From the NCBI RefSeq assembly GCF_000017845.1, contig NC_010546.1:1260001-1292000 (forward strand): DNA of 32,000 bases, in the 5' to 3' direction. The DNA is from Crocosphaera subtropica ATCC 51142. Its GTDB lineage: Bacteria; Cyanobacteriota; Cyanobacteriia; Cyanobacteriales; Microcystaceae. Position 1 is the stretch's first letter. Each line of letters opens with the position of its first letter. The notes under the pieces are model-generated. The model did not search any database. It was given only the letters and a program-made list of their open reading frames with translations, and was not told the DNA's origin. Both the position numbers and the translations under genes were made by a program. Shown here in pieces: positions 23,929-32,000 of the stretch.

Positions 23929-25476
23929 GTGATGCAAGTGCAAGCAGTCAATTTAGGGGTCAATATTAATCCGATGTTTAACTCAACTAATCGTCTTTTT
24001 TGTCGCTTAGATGGGTTGAGTCCAGCCGTTCGAGAACAAAAACGAGTCAAAACTTTAAAACAGTTAGGACTTTTAGATACTGAGACAATTCCCATATTTG
24101 ACGAAGCGACCCAAACTGCTGCTCGTTTCATAGACGCTCCCATTTGTCTTTTGGGGATGATGGTTCAAGATCAGTTTTGGTTAAAATCAGCCGTAGGACT
24201 ATCAAGATTGGGGCTAATGAACGATTTAGCCTCAACCCGTAAAATTCCTCGTCAAGAAGCATTTAGTACCTATGTTGTTGACAGTGAACAACCTTTAGCA
24301 ATTCAAGATACTTTACAAGACCCAACTTTTGCTACAAGTTCTTTAGTTCAGCATTACGGGATTCGAGCCTTTTTAGGAACCCCTTTAATTACAGCAGAAG
24401 GGCAATGTCTAGGAACTTTAGGGGTGATGGATTTAGTTCCCCGTGAGTTTACCCCTAGAGATATAGAATTTCTCACTATAACAGCCCGTTGGTGTTTACG
24501 GGAATTTGAACGAAATCATCTGCTCAAAGTCCGATCGCCTCAAGAGGACGAATGGTTAAACTTGATGACATCTAACGTTACTACGTCTGAGCGTCATGAG
24601 TCTAGTGCATCATCAGTCTCAGCATCTATTAACACCATTAAACTGCAATTACTACGCCAGTTAATGGAGGAATTTCGTACCCCTTTAACCTCAGTGATTG
24701 GAATGTCGAGTGTCTTACAGGGTGGAGTATTTGGTTCCTTAACAACAAAACAAAAAGAATATTTAAAAATTATCCACAGTAGCGGTCAGCAGATGAACGC
24801 TTTGGTCAAAGAAATTCTGACCTTAGGCATTTCCCATGATATTCATAACGAACTACAACTCAATCCTGTCAACATCGAAATGTTGGCTCAAAACACCATT
24901 AACAGTTTAGCTGAAGTGGTCAACCAGAAAAGACAAACCTTGCGCTTATCGGTTGAACCAGGCAAACGAATTTGGCTTTTAGATAAAGAAATTGTGCGCC
25001 AAGGTCTATATTATCTAGTTATGAGTATCCTTGAATCGGGAGAAGTGGGGGGAGAAGTTCGCATTCATGTTTCCCGTCGCACTAAAACTTTAAATATCGC
25101 CGTTTGGGTGTCCCATCCTTGGTTGGGAGACGGTTTACCCCAAGTCAATTTTCATCCCTCATCCAGCCAAAAAAAATTAGCCCAACTCCATAATTCTTTA
25201 AATCCTGTTGAGCCAAATAAAACCGTCATTTCAACAGTGAATGATTATATTTTGCGGGCTTCTTCTTTAGAAGAAATCATTTATACAGAGCAAGGAAATC
25301 AACTGTCATCTCAAAATTCTCCAGAGTTATTGGGTTTACTCCTCAGTTGTCATCTCATTGAAAATCATGGAGGAAAAATTATGGTTCAAGGTTCCCCAGA
25401 GTCTGGTTATCGTTACGTTTTAATGTTGCCTAAAATTGGTACAGATACAGAACCTCAAACTTATCGCCATTCTTAA
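23929..25476 (+). CDS. GAF domain protein with degenerate HisKA/HATPase_c domains (histidine-kinase-like, probable pseudokinase)
   Basis: N-terminal GAF domain: LGLLDTETIPIFDEATQTAARFIDAPICLLGMMVQDQFWLKSAVGL...FLGTPLITAEGQCLGTLGVMD. The H-box-like segment LMEEFRTPLTSVIGMSSVL has Glu where the phospho-accepting His sits in the consensus SHELRTPL. The C-terminal domain ends ...HLIENHGGKIMVQGSPESGYRYVLMLP but lacks a clear N-box Asn and GxGLGL. The start is GTG 23929 or ATG 23932. Confidence 0.85.
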   Translation: MMQVQAVNLGVNINPMFNSTNRLFCRLDGLSPAVREQKRVKTLKQLGLLDTETIPIFDEATQTAARFIDAPICLLGMMVQDQFWLKSAVGLSRLGLMNDLASTRKIPRQEAFSTYVVDSEQPLAIQDTLQDPTFATSSLVQHYGIRAFLGTPLITAEGQCLGTLGVMDLVPREFTPRDIEFLTITARWCLREFERNHLLKVRSPQEDEWLNLMTSNVTTSERHESSASSVSASINTIKLQLLRQLMEEFRTPLTSVIGMSSVLQGGVFGSLTTKQKEYLKIIHSSGQQMNALVKEILTLGISHDIHNELQLNPVNIEMLAQNTINSLAEVVNQKRQTLRLSVEPGKRIWLLDKEIVRQGLYYLVMSILESGEVGGEVRIHVSRRTKTLNIAVWVSHPWLGDGLPQVNFHPSSSQKKLAQLHNSLNPVEPNKTVISTVNDYILRASSLEEIIYTEQGNQLSSQNSPELLGLLLSCHLIENHGGKIMVQGSPESGYRYVLMLPKIGTDTEPQTYRHS

Positions 25477-25557
25477 TTCATAGTCTTAGAACCAATCTAA
25501 GTTAGAATACTTTGTGTCTTCAATGATGTTGAGATATCCGTTTCTAAAATTACGCCC

Positions 25558-26334
25558 ATGTCTAAGGTTGACGACAATGCTCTGGTTTGTACCATTTTAC
25601 CCACCTTTAACGAAAGTGGTAATATCACTGACTTAATTGAACGTCTGATGGCCAGTGTCTCTCCCCCTTACTTAGTGTTGGTCATTGATGATGACTCTCC
25701 TGACGGCACCTGGAAAATTGTAGCAGACATGGCCGCCAAGGCACCTTATTCTCCCGAAGAAACAGAAATTAAGTCAGGTATTGCTCTAGTGCGTCGCCTT
25801 CAAGAAAAGGGCTTAACCTCTGCTATTCAACGAGGTATTGATGAAGCCATCCAAACCTACAATGCCCAGATTATTACCTGGATGGATTGCGATTTGTCGA
25901 TGCCCCCAGAAGATGTGCCAAAATTAGTTGAAGCTATTAGACAAGGAGGGGCTGATGTAGCCGTGGGTTCCCGTTGGATCGACGGAGGAACCGATGTGGC
26001 TCACGGGTTGATGGCACGGGTGTTAAGTTGGATTATCAATAATTTTGCCATGTTATTATTGGGTCGTAAAGTTCATGATTATACCAGTGGCTTTATTGCT
26101 GCACGGGCAGAAGTATTAGAAAAAATTCGCCTCAAAGGAGATTATGGGGAATATTGTATTGATTTATTATGTCGGGCAGGGAGATTAAATTATCAGATGA
26201 AAGAAGTTCCCTATGTGTGTGTGCCTCGCACCTCTGGAGAAAGTAAAACGGGGATAAATTTATGGGATTATTTGAGCAAGGGCAGGAAATATGTTTCTAC
26301 TATTGTTGCCTTGTGGTTAAACCGAAACAGTTAA
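25558..26334 (+). CDS. Family 2 glycosyltransferase (polyprenol-phosphate mannosyl/glucosyl-transferase-like, DPM1 type)
   Basis: ILPTFNESGNI, VIDDDSPDGT, WMDCDLSMPPED (DxD) and GSRW...SGF together form the classic GT-A GT2 layout of dolichol/polyprenol-phosphate sugar synthases. Confidence 0.88.
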   Translation: MSKVDDNALVCTILPTFNESGNITDLIERLMASVSPPYLVLVIDDDSPDGTWKIVADMAAKAPYSPEETEIKSGIALVRRLQEKGLTSAIQRGIDEAIQTYNAQIITWMDCDLSMPPEDVPKLVEAIRQGGADVAVGSRWIDGGTDVAHGLMARVLSWIINNFAMLLLGRKVHDYTSGFIAARAEVLEKIRLKGDYGEYCIDLLCRAGRLNYQMKEVPYVCVPRTSGESKTGINLWDYLSKGRKYVSTIVALWLNRNS

Positions 26335-27887
26335 ACTGTCTTGATTGGCTTTCTAGACAGTCTATTAAATTCTTGTAACTGTTGTTCAATTTCATCCCGA
26401 ACAATTTGACGATATTCTAAAAAATGTTCATTATGGGCGCAGACTGTTAAATAATGTTCCCAAACAGGGGTATTCTGCCTAAGAATGCTAAAGAAATGAT
26501 GCCAAAATTTCCAACGGGTTTTTCGTTTAAATCCCTGTCGCCAAATTACAATGGTTAAAGCTCGTAAATCAACCCAACTGGGAAACTTAAAGGGTGCATG
26601 ACATTTGGGAGCCCCTAATTTTAAGAAACAGCGATAGGTCCGATCTAAGAAATTTTCTGCATCGTATAATGTCCAGAAGGCTTCGATATATTCTTGAGCA
26701 ATGTCTTCTATGGGACGAGTGGGAACAAAGTTCATTAAGGTACTTTGATTAATATCTTGTTTACCGTCAACTCGCAAGCGTCCTTCTTTTTCTAAACGAT
26801 GCCATAAGGCAGTATGGGGGAGTGCTTGTAACATTCCGAACATGGCCGTAGGAATGGCTGCATTTTCCACAAAGCTAATAATCCGAGAGGCGGCCCCTGT
26901 CTTTTCTCCATCAAATCCAATAATAAACCCAGCCATCGGACGTAACCCGGCACGAATTAAGATATCGATGGTATCGGTTAAGGAATCACGGGTATTCTGA
27001 AACTTTTTCGTTAATTTCAAACTGTCTTCGTCGGGGGTTTCAATGCCTAAAAAGACAGCATCAAAATTGGCTTCTACCATCAACTCCATCAATTCAGCAT
27101 CTTGAGCGAGGTCTACCGAAGCTTCAGTGTTAAAACGGAAGGGGTATTGATGCTCTTGTTGCCACACTTTTAATTCTTTGAGCAATAATTTAACATTGCG
27201 TTTATTGCCAATAAAGTTATCATCCACCATAAATACCCCCCGTCGCCAACCCAACCTATAAAGATAGTCCAACTCTTTCAACAGTTGAGTCGGGGTTTTT
27301 GTGCGAGGTTTGCGTCCATAGAGGATAATAATGTCACAAAATTCACATTGAAATGGACATCCCCTCGAAAACTGTACCGACATGGAGTCATAAGCATCTA
27401 ATTCCAGTAAGTCATATCGAGGAATGGGGGTTAAGGTGACATCTGGTTTTTCAGGGGTGCGGATGGTTCCTTGGGTTTCCCCTCGTTGTAAGGCTTCAAC
27501 AAACAGAGGAAGGGTAATTTCTCCTTCGTCTAACACTAAAAAGTCTGCTCCGGCTGCTTGTACTTCTGAAGGGACTGAGGTAGCGTAAGGGCCTCCCACA
27601 GCAACACATTTACCCCGCAGTTTGGCTTCTTTGATTTGTGCCAGTAAATCTTGTTTTTGGACAATCATAGCCGAGAAAATGACAATTTCGGCCCAGTCCC
27701 ATTCTGCTTCTGTAACCTCTCGAATATTGCGATCGCACAGTTGAAATTCCCAGGTTTGGGGTAAAATAGCAGCAACGGTAATTAATCCCAGTGGGGGTAA
27801 TAAAACCTTACGATTCACCAACTCCAAGCTTTTATCATAAGACCAAAAAGTTGGTGGAAATACCGGATAAATAAGTAATGCTCGCAC
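26331..27887 (-). CDS. B12-binding-domain radical SAM enzyme with a DUF4070-type C-terminal extension
   Basis: An N-terminal cobalamin-binding-like Rossmann segment (...GKCVAVGGPYATS...), then the radical SAM cluster motif SRGCPFQCEFCDI (C-x3-C-x2-C), then a long alpha-helical C-terminal region. Confidence 0.88.
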   Translation of the reverse strand: MRALLIYPVFPPTFWSYDKSLELVNRKVLLPPLGLITVAAILPQTWEFQLCDRNIREVTEAEWDWAEIVIFSAMIVQKQDLLAQIKEAKLRGKCVAVGGPYATSVPSEVQAAGADFLVLDEGEITLPLFVEALQRGETQGTIRTPEKPDVTLTPIPRYDLLELDAYDSMSVQFSRGCPFQCEFCDIIILYGRKPRTKTPTQLLKELDYLYRLGWRRGVFMVDDNFIGNKRNVKLLLKELKVWQQEHQYPFRFNTEASVDLAQDAELMELMVEANFDAVFLGIETPDEDSLKLTKKFQNTRDSLTDTIDILIRAGLRPMAGFIIGFDGEKTGAASRIISFVENAAIPTAMFGMLQALPHTALWHRLEKEGRLRVDGKQDINQSTLMNFVPTRPIEDIAQEYIEAFWTLYDAENFLDRTYRCFLKLGAPKCHAPFKFPSWVDLRALTIVIWRQGFKRKTRWKFWHHFFSILRQNTPVWEHYLTVCAHNEHFLEYRQIVRDEIEQQLQEFNRLSRKPIKTV

Positions 27888-27963
27888 GTCCTACCACCCC
27901 ACAAAAATTGTTTCTGTCCTCACTATAACAACTAAAAAAAGTTGAAACAGTGATTATGTTAAT

Positions 27964-28734
27964 TTACTCAACAATTCGGACACGATGAGTAACAATAGTA
28001 ATCCCACCGCTACGGACTAAAATTGCAGAAAGCCAGCGATTTTGGGGGTTTTCTATGGGGGAAATTCGTTTAAATAATCCCCCAGATTGTAACAATTCTA
28101 GCTGCATGGTAGCAGGATCTAAATAGCGATTGCTTTCTACTTGTTCTGACATGGCCATTCCTGCTAATAAATCATCGCTCAGAGGTTCACTGACAATCAC
28201 ATCAAAGTCAAAGCTTTCCCCAACTTTGACCGTTTCTGGTAGGTTTACGGTAACTTCTGGGGGGTCTTCTCCAGAGGTTAATCTTGTTTCTTCGCTTAAA
28301 ATTTCTTGACGAATGAGTTTATCCCCTTGGAAAGTTTGACGGGATTTAATTTTTCCTTCTAGTTGAATCTTTCGACCACTATCTTGATGAGTACCTTTTA
28401 AAGTCGTTAAGGTTTCAGCGATCCAACCTGTGCCGTTTTTCTCCCAAGATAAAAGTTCTGTTGTATAGTTCAAATCAGGATATTTTTTCCAAAGTTGTTG
28501 TAACCCTTGGGTAAATTTATCTAACATTAACCCGTCGGCTGTTACATATTGGTCACTGTATAATGATTTAATCCGTTCAAGATCCTGTCGATTGGCTGCA
28601 GCATCAATTTGAGTGATAAGAGCTTTTAATTCGACTGGTGCGGTGTCAGGACTTTCAGCGCGAAGGTTTGAATGAGTCCCTAAACTTATGCCCAAGCCGA
28701 GTATAACAGAGAGGAACCAATGGCGATATATCAT
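27964..28734 (-). CDS. Exported hypothetical protein (N-terminal NTF2/SnoaL-like region by composition), upstream of the radical SAM gene
   Basis: Signal peptide MIYRHWFLSVILGLGISLGTHSNLRA|E. 256 aa, same strand as the radical SAM gene and 76 nt upstream of it. The fold assignment is a guess from the pattern ...IDAAANRQDLERIKSLYSDQYVTADG... Confidence 0.55.
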   Translation of the reverse strand: MIYRHWFLSVILGLGISLGTHSNLRAESPDTAPVELKALITQIDAAANRQDLERIKSLYSDQYVTADGLMLDKFTQGLQQLWKKYPDLNYTTELLSWEKNGTGWIAETLTTLKGTHQDSGRKIQLEGKIKSRQTFQGDKLIRQEILSEETRLTSGEDPPEVTVNLPETVKVGESFDFDVIVSEPLSDDLLAGMAMSEQVESNRYLDPATMQLELLQSGGLFKRISPIENPQNRWLSAILVRSGGITIVTHRVRIVE

Positions 28735-28808
28735 GCGTCTACCTTGTGTGAACTATCCTGATTAACCATACAGGATTTTCGCTTTATTGTAACGAATATT
28801 TTATTTTT

Positions 28809-29855
28809 ATGGCACGTTTATTGATAGCAGCAAGTGGTACTGGGGGTCATGTTTTTCCTGCTTTGGGAGTGGCTGAAAAATTATCAGATTATGAGATTCA
28901 ATGGTTAGGAACCCCCAACCGATTAGAACAGAGTTTAGTAGGCGATCGCTATCCTTTCCATACCATATCAGTTGAGGGCTTTCAAACTCGTTCTCCTATC
29001 AAAAAGTTAAAAATTTTACTAGGGTTATTGAGTTCAATTTTTGAGGTTAAGCAACTCATCGAACAACAAAAAATTGATGTAGTTTTTACCACAGGTGGAT
29101 ACATTGCCAGTTCTGCTATTTTAGCTGCTAAATTATCAGGAATTCCAGCAATTCTTCACGAATCGAATTATATTCCTGGTAAGGTAACTAAGTTATTAAG
29201 TCGCTTTTGTACCACTGTAGCTTTAGGATTTGAAGGCACCAAGCAATATTTACCCACTACCCCTACTATTTGGGTTAGTACCCCTGTGCGATCGCAGTTT
29301 TATACATCCCAACCGTTGGACTTAAATATTCCTAATGATGTGCCTTTAATTGTTATTATCGGTGGATCTCAAGGGGCAGTTTCCGTTAACCAATTAGTTC
29401 GTCAATGTGTTCCGTATTGGTTAGAAATGGGGGCTTATGTGGTACATTTAACTGGAAAAAATGACCCAAATGCTAACAGTTTACAAGACCCTCAATATAT
29501 TACTTTGCCTTTTTATGATAATATGGCAGGACTATTACAAAGAGCCGATTTAGCTGTCAGTCGTGCCGGTTCAGGAACCTTAACGGAATTAGCGATTACT
29601 AAGACCCCTGCTATCTTAATTCCCTATCCTTTTGCAGCAGAAGATCATCAATCTTTTAACGCTCAAGTCTTCGTTGATGCTGGAGCCGCTTATTGTTATC
29701 AACAAAAAGAATTAACAGATAAAATCCTAACAGATTTAGTATCAGATTTACTCAATCATCCTGACAAACTGAAAGAAATGTCTAACAAAAGTTCGGAGTT
29801 AGCTGTTATGGATAGTTCAGAAAAATTAGCGAAGTTAATACGAGATAGTATCTAA
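28809..29855 (+). CDS. murG: UDP-N-acetylglucosamine--N-acetylmuramyl-(pentapeptide) pyrophosphoryl-undecaprenol GlcNAc transferase
   Basis: ASGTGGHVFPALGVAE (G-loop 1), GGYIASSAILAAKL, IIGGSQGA, ...VSRAGSGTLTELA... and ...DHQSFNA, all typical MurG motifs. Confidence 0.95.
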   Translation: MARLLIAASGTGGHVFPALGVAEKLSDYEIQWLGTPNRLEQSLVGDRYPFHTISVEGFQTRSPIKKLKILLGLLSSIFEVKQLIEQQKIDVVFTTGGYIASSAILAAKLSGIPAILHESNYIPGKVTKLLSRFCTTVALGFEGTKQYLPTTPTIWVSTPVRSQFYTSQPLDLNIPNDVPLIVIIGGSQGAVSVNQLVRQCVPYWLEMGAYVVHLTGKNDPNANSLQDPQYITLPFYDNMAGLLQRADLAVSRAGSGTLTELAITKTPAILIPYPFAAEDHQSFNAQVFVDAGAAYCYQQKELTDKILTDLVSDLLNHPDKLKEMSNKSSELAVMDSSEKLAKLIRDSI

Positions 29856-29868
29856 TGGTTAAAACAAC

Positions 29869-30783
29869 TCATTTATCTTGACGACTGCCAAATAAATGAG
29901 TGTAAACATAGGTAAATTCACAGCCTAAAAAGAAGATTTGACAAGTCAAGAAAATCCATAATAAAAGTACCATGAATCCCCCAACAATCCCGTAAGCTCT
30001 AAACTGTTCACCAATGCGAATCACTCCGTTACTAACTAAACTTTGAAGGAGGGAAAATAAGCTAACAGATATCAAAGCACCGATCCAAATATCACTCCAT
30101 TTGACTTTAGTTGCTGGTAGGGTTTTATAGAGGAGCATCACCACAGATGTTAAGAGAAAAAAGGTAACACCCAGTTGTAAACTATTCCATAAAAATGCTT
30201 CATCAACTCGAAACCAAGTGATGACTTGTTCTACATTTTTAATAATTTTTAAAAACACTTTTAAGGCAATATTAGACAGTAAGGAAACTAATAGCAAAGC
30301 CGTTGAACTTAATACTAATAAAAAAGCAATAATTTGGTTTTGAATAAAGTTAATAATCGTCCAAACCCATCCACCACGGTTAGATTGACGATGATGGACT
30401 TTCCATATTTTATCAACTGCACGACCCAAAGCACGAAAAATACGACTTGCGGTAACAAATAGGATAGAGAAACCAATAATTCCTGCACCTAAACTACTTT
30501 CATTTAATTGGACTAAGGTACTTTCGACAATACGATAAGCTTCTATAGGTAATGCTCTTTTCGCAAAGACTAAAATCTGAGTATAAGCATTGGTGTCAGG
30601 GCCTAGAATTAAACCGGTTATACTTAAAATAACCAGCAAGATAGGGAACAGGGAAAAAATAGCATAGTAGGATAATGCTGCACCCATTTCTATACAGTCA
30701 TCTTCTTGCCATTTAACAACGGTGCGAGTGAATAATTGTACTATTTTTGATGATAGTATTCGGTTTTGGACAAATTCAATCAC
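29869..30783 (-). CDS. YihY/BrkB (formerly called ribonuclease BN-like) family membrane protein
   Basis: 304 aa with about 6 TM helices. The family-typical N-terminus is ...WQEDDCIEMGAALSYYAIFSLFPILLVIL..., and the C-terminal half is hydrophobic: YGIVGGFMVLLLWIFLTCQIFFLGCEF. Confidence 0.82.
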   Translation of the reverse strand: MIEFVQNRILSSKIVQLFTRTVVKWQEDDCIEMGAALSYYAIFSLFPILLVILSITGLILGPDTNAYTQILVFAKRALPIEAYRIVESTLVQLNESSLGAGIIGFSILFVTASRIFRALGRAVDKIWKVHHRQSNRGGWVWTIINFIQNQIIAFLLVLSSTALLLVSLLSNIALKVFLKIIKNVEQVITWFRVDEAFLWNSLQLGVTFFLLTSVVMLLYKTLPATKVKWSDIWIGALISVSLFSLLQSLVSNGVIRIGEQFRAYGIVGGFMVLLLWIFLTCQIFFLGCEFTYVYTHLFGSRQDK

Positions 30784-30832
30784 GGTTATATATTAAAGAT
30801 TTATAATGATAAATAATTACATTCTAATACTA

Positions 30833-30864
30833 ATTTTGTAATCTATGTACATAGATTACAAAAT
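30833..30864. promoter_or_regulatory. Perfect 32-bp palindrome in the divergent yihY-like / usp intergenic region (candidate operator)
   Basis: ATTTTGTAATCTATGTACATAGATTACAAAAT equals its own reverse complement (checked base by base). It lies 50 nt upstream of the yihY-like start (30783, minus) and about 220 nt upstream of the usp start (31086, plus). Confidence 0.45.
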
Positions 30865-31085
30865 AAAATAATTTGTTCCTGTTTACAATTTAATTCGATG
30901 TTAAATTTCCTAGTCTTTCTCTATATCCTGATGACTTAAACTTAAATATAACATTATTATTTTTCTTGAGTTTTTCAATGTATTTCTCTATAATAATAAT
31001 AAGTTATAAGAGTTTTCACTAATGATGAAAAATTGTGTTATTCTGCAAACTAGATTAGTTTTGTTATTTGAATTAGGAGCTCAAA

Positions 31086-31550
31086 ATGTACAATAAAATC
31101 CTAGTTGCTGTTGATAATTCTGCCATAGCTGAACAAGTGATTGAAGTTGCTCTGACTTTAGCTAAAGCAGTGGATGGAAAATTAATGTTACTCCATGCCT
31201 TATCCCAAAATGCTGAAGATAGTCCTCTTAGTTTTGCGCCTTATGCCAGCAGTTATAGCATTGATTTAATTGAGAAATTTAAAGAAGATTGGAAACAGTA
31301 TCAACAAGAAAGTTTACAGAAGTTGGAAGCTTGGAAACAAAAAGCTAAAGATATGAATATTCAGGTAGAATTGCGCCAAGAAAATGGTAATCCTGCTCCC
31401 ATTATTTGTCGTATTGCTAAGGAATGGCAGGCTGAATTAATTGTCATAGGACGTAGGGGACATTCTATGGCTAGTGAGATTTTATTAGGAAGTGTCAGTA
31501 GTTATGTTATTCATCGTTCTCATTGTTCGGTTCACATTGTACAATCTTAA
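31086..31550 (+). CDS. Universal stress protein (UspA family)
   Basis: MYNKILVAVDNS...LMLLHAL...AELIVIGRRGHSMASEILLGSVSSYVIHRSHCSVHIV is the canonical Usp ATP-binding-type signature G-x2-G-x9-G(S/T). Confidence 0.9.
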   Translation: MYNKILVAVDNSAIAEQVIEVALTLAKAVDGKLMLLHALSQNAEDSPLSFAPYASSYSIDLIEKFKEDWKQYQQESLQKLEAWKQKAKDMNIQVELRQENGNPAPIICRIAKEWQAELIVIGRRGHSMASEILLGSVSSYVIHRSHCSVHIVQS

Positions 31551-31687
31551 TTTTTCCAAGTTCTCTGTTCTTCTAATATTACTTTTGCTGCAATTATAGT
31601 CGTTCAGGGTTTAGCTGGAAGAGAAATAGGGTTTAAGTTTGAAAATAGAAAACATAAACCCAAACAGAAACTTGAAAATTTCATCAT

Positions 31688-32000
31688 TATTTGTCACTCA
31701 ATATACTCAATTGTTTAACATCTTCATCCCTTAGTAACCAACCCATAGCACCAGCATTGTCTTGCGCTTGTTTCGCATTTTTTGCCCCAGGAATAGGAAT
31801 AACATTACCTTGGGCTATTAACCAATTCAGGGCAACTTGGGCAGGGGTTTTCTCATATTTTTCTCCCAGATGTTTTAACTGATTAATAACGGGTTCAATG
31901 TTCTTTAAACCAGAAGCCGAAAATTTCGGATCGAGTTTTCTAGCCCCTGTAACCTCCCGTTTTTCTGGGGTATATTTTCCGGTTAATAATCCTTGATCTA
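31688..32000 (-). CDS. Aldo/keto reductase, C-terminal ~104 aa; the N-terminus lies beyond the right edge
   Basis: Not in the ORF track. The reverse strand reads ...GLLTGKYTPEKREVTGARKLDPKFSASGLKNIEPVINQLKHLGEKYEKTPAQVALNWLIAQGNVIPIPGAKNAKQAQDNAGAMGWLLRDEDVKQLSILSDK*, with the stop at 31690..31688. This is the typical AKR C-terminal block (AQVAL.W.......IPIPG.....Q...N). Track ORF 31691..31882 (+) is antisense noise. Confidence 0.85.

Noticed and set aside
30833-30864. NtcA or CRP-family site inside the 32-bp palindrome
   Set aside because: The GTA...TAC pairs are spaced N7 (or N16), not the canonical NtcA GTA-N8-TAC. There is no TGTGA-N6-TCACA core either. I keep it as an unassigned operator candidate only.
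31691-31882. 63-aa plus-strand ORF near the right edge
   Set aside because: It is antisense to the aldo/keto reductase C-terminal coding region, which has clear family motifs.

Overview
The window looks like a cyanobacterial chromosome segment. I count 13 exact HIP1 palindromes (GCGATCGC) between 10.3 and 32 kb, and it carries an FtsH2-type protease, a lumenal-type pentapeptide-repeat protein and low overall G+C. The gene content resembles Cyanothece/Crocosphaera-like genomes, but that is inference only.

The right two thirds (10.3-32 kb) are ordinary housekeeping genes: glmS, an SDR, nth, an AI-2E permease, ftsH, a pentapeptide-repeat protein, purK, tadA, a DMT permease, HU, a DUF1611 protein, a GAF/histidine-kinase-like protein, a GT2 glycosyltransferase, a B12-binding radical SAM enzyme, an NTF2-like exported protein, murG, a YihY/BrkB protein and a universal stress protein. 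Two genes absent from the ORF track run off the window edges: an arylsulfatase (1..1112, minus) and an aldo/keto reductase (31688..32000, minus).

The left third (about 1.7-10.3 kb) looks accessory. It begins directly downstream of the glmS 3' end and holds a fossil Tn7-like transposition module: a tnsC tail plus an internally deleted tnsD/tniQ, co-directional with glmS. It also holds a collapsed RelE-type toxin-antitoxin remnant, an extremely AT-rich membrane ORF, an IS4/IS5-type transposase remnant, and a run of unrecognised envelope genes.

The envelope genes include:
- a 760-aa protein whose beta-barrel-like halves are separated by a coiled-coil insert of roughly 320 aa;
- a Cys-rich protein with four 28-aa repeats;
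- two small exported proteins;
- a metallophosphoesterase split by a two-helix membrane hairpin.

This envelope cluster, possibly cargo of the glmS-linked element, is my best candidate for something undescribed, but I cannot assign it a function. I found no rRNA, tRNA or CRISPR array. All homology statements rest on motif recognition by eye and need HMM or BLAST confirmation.
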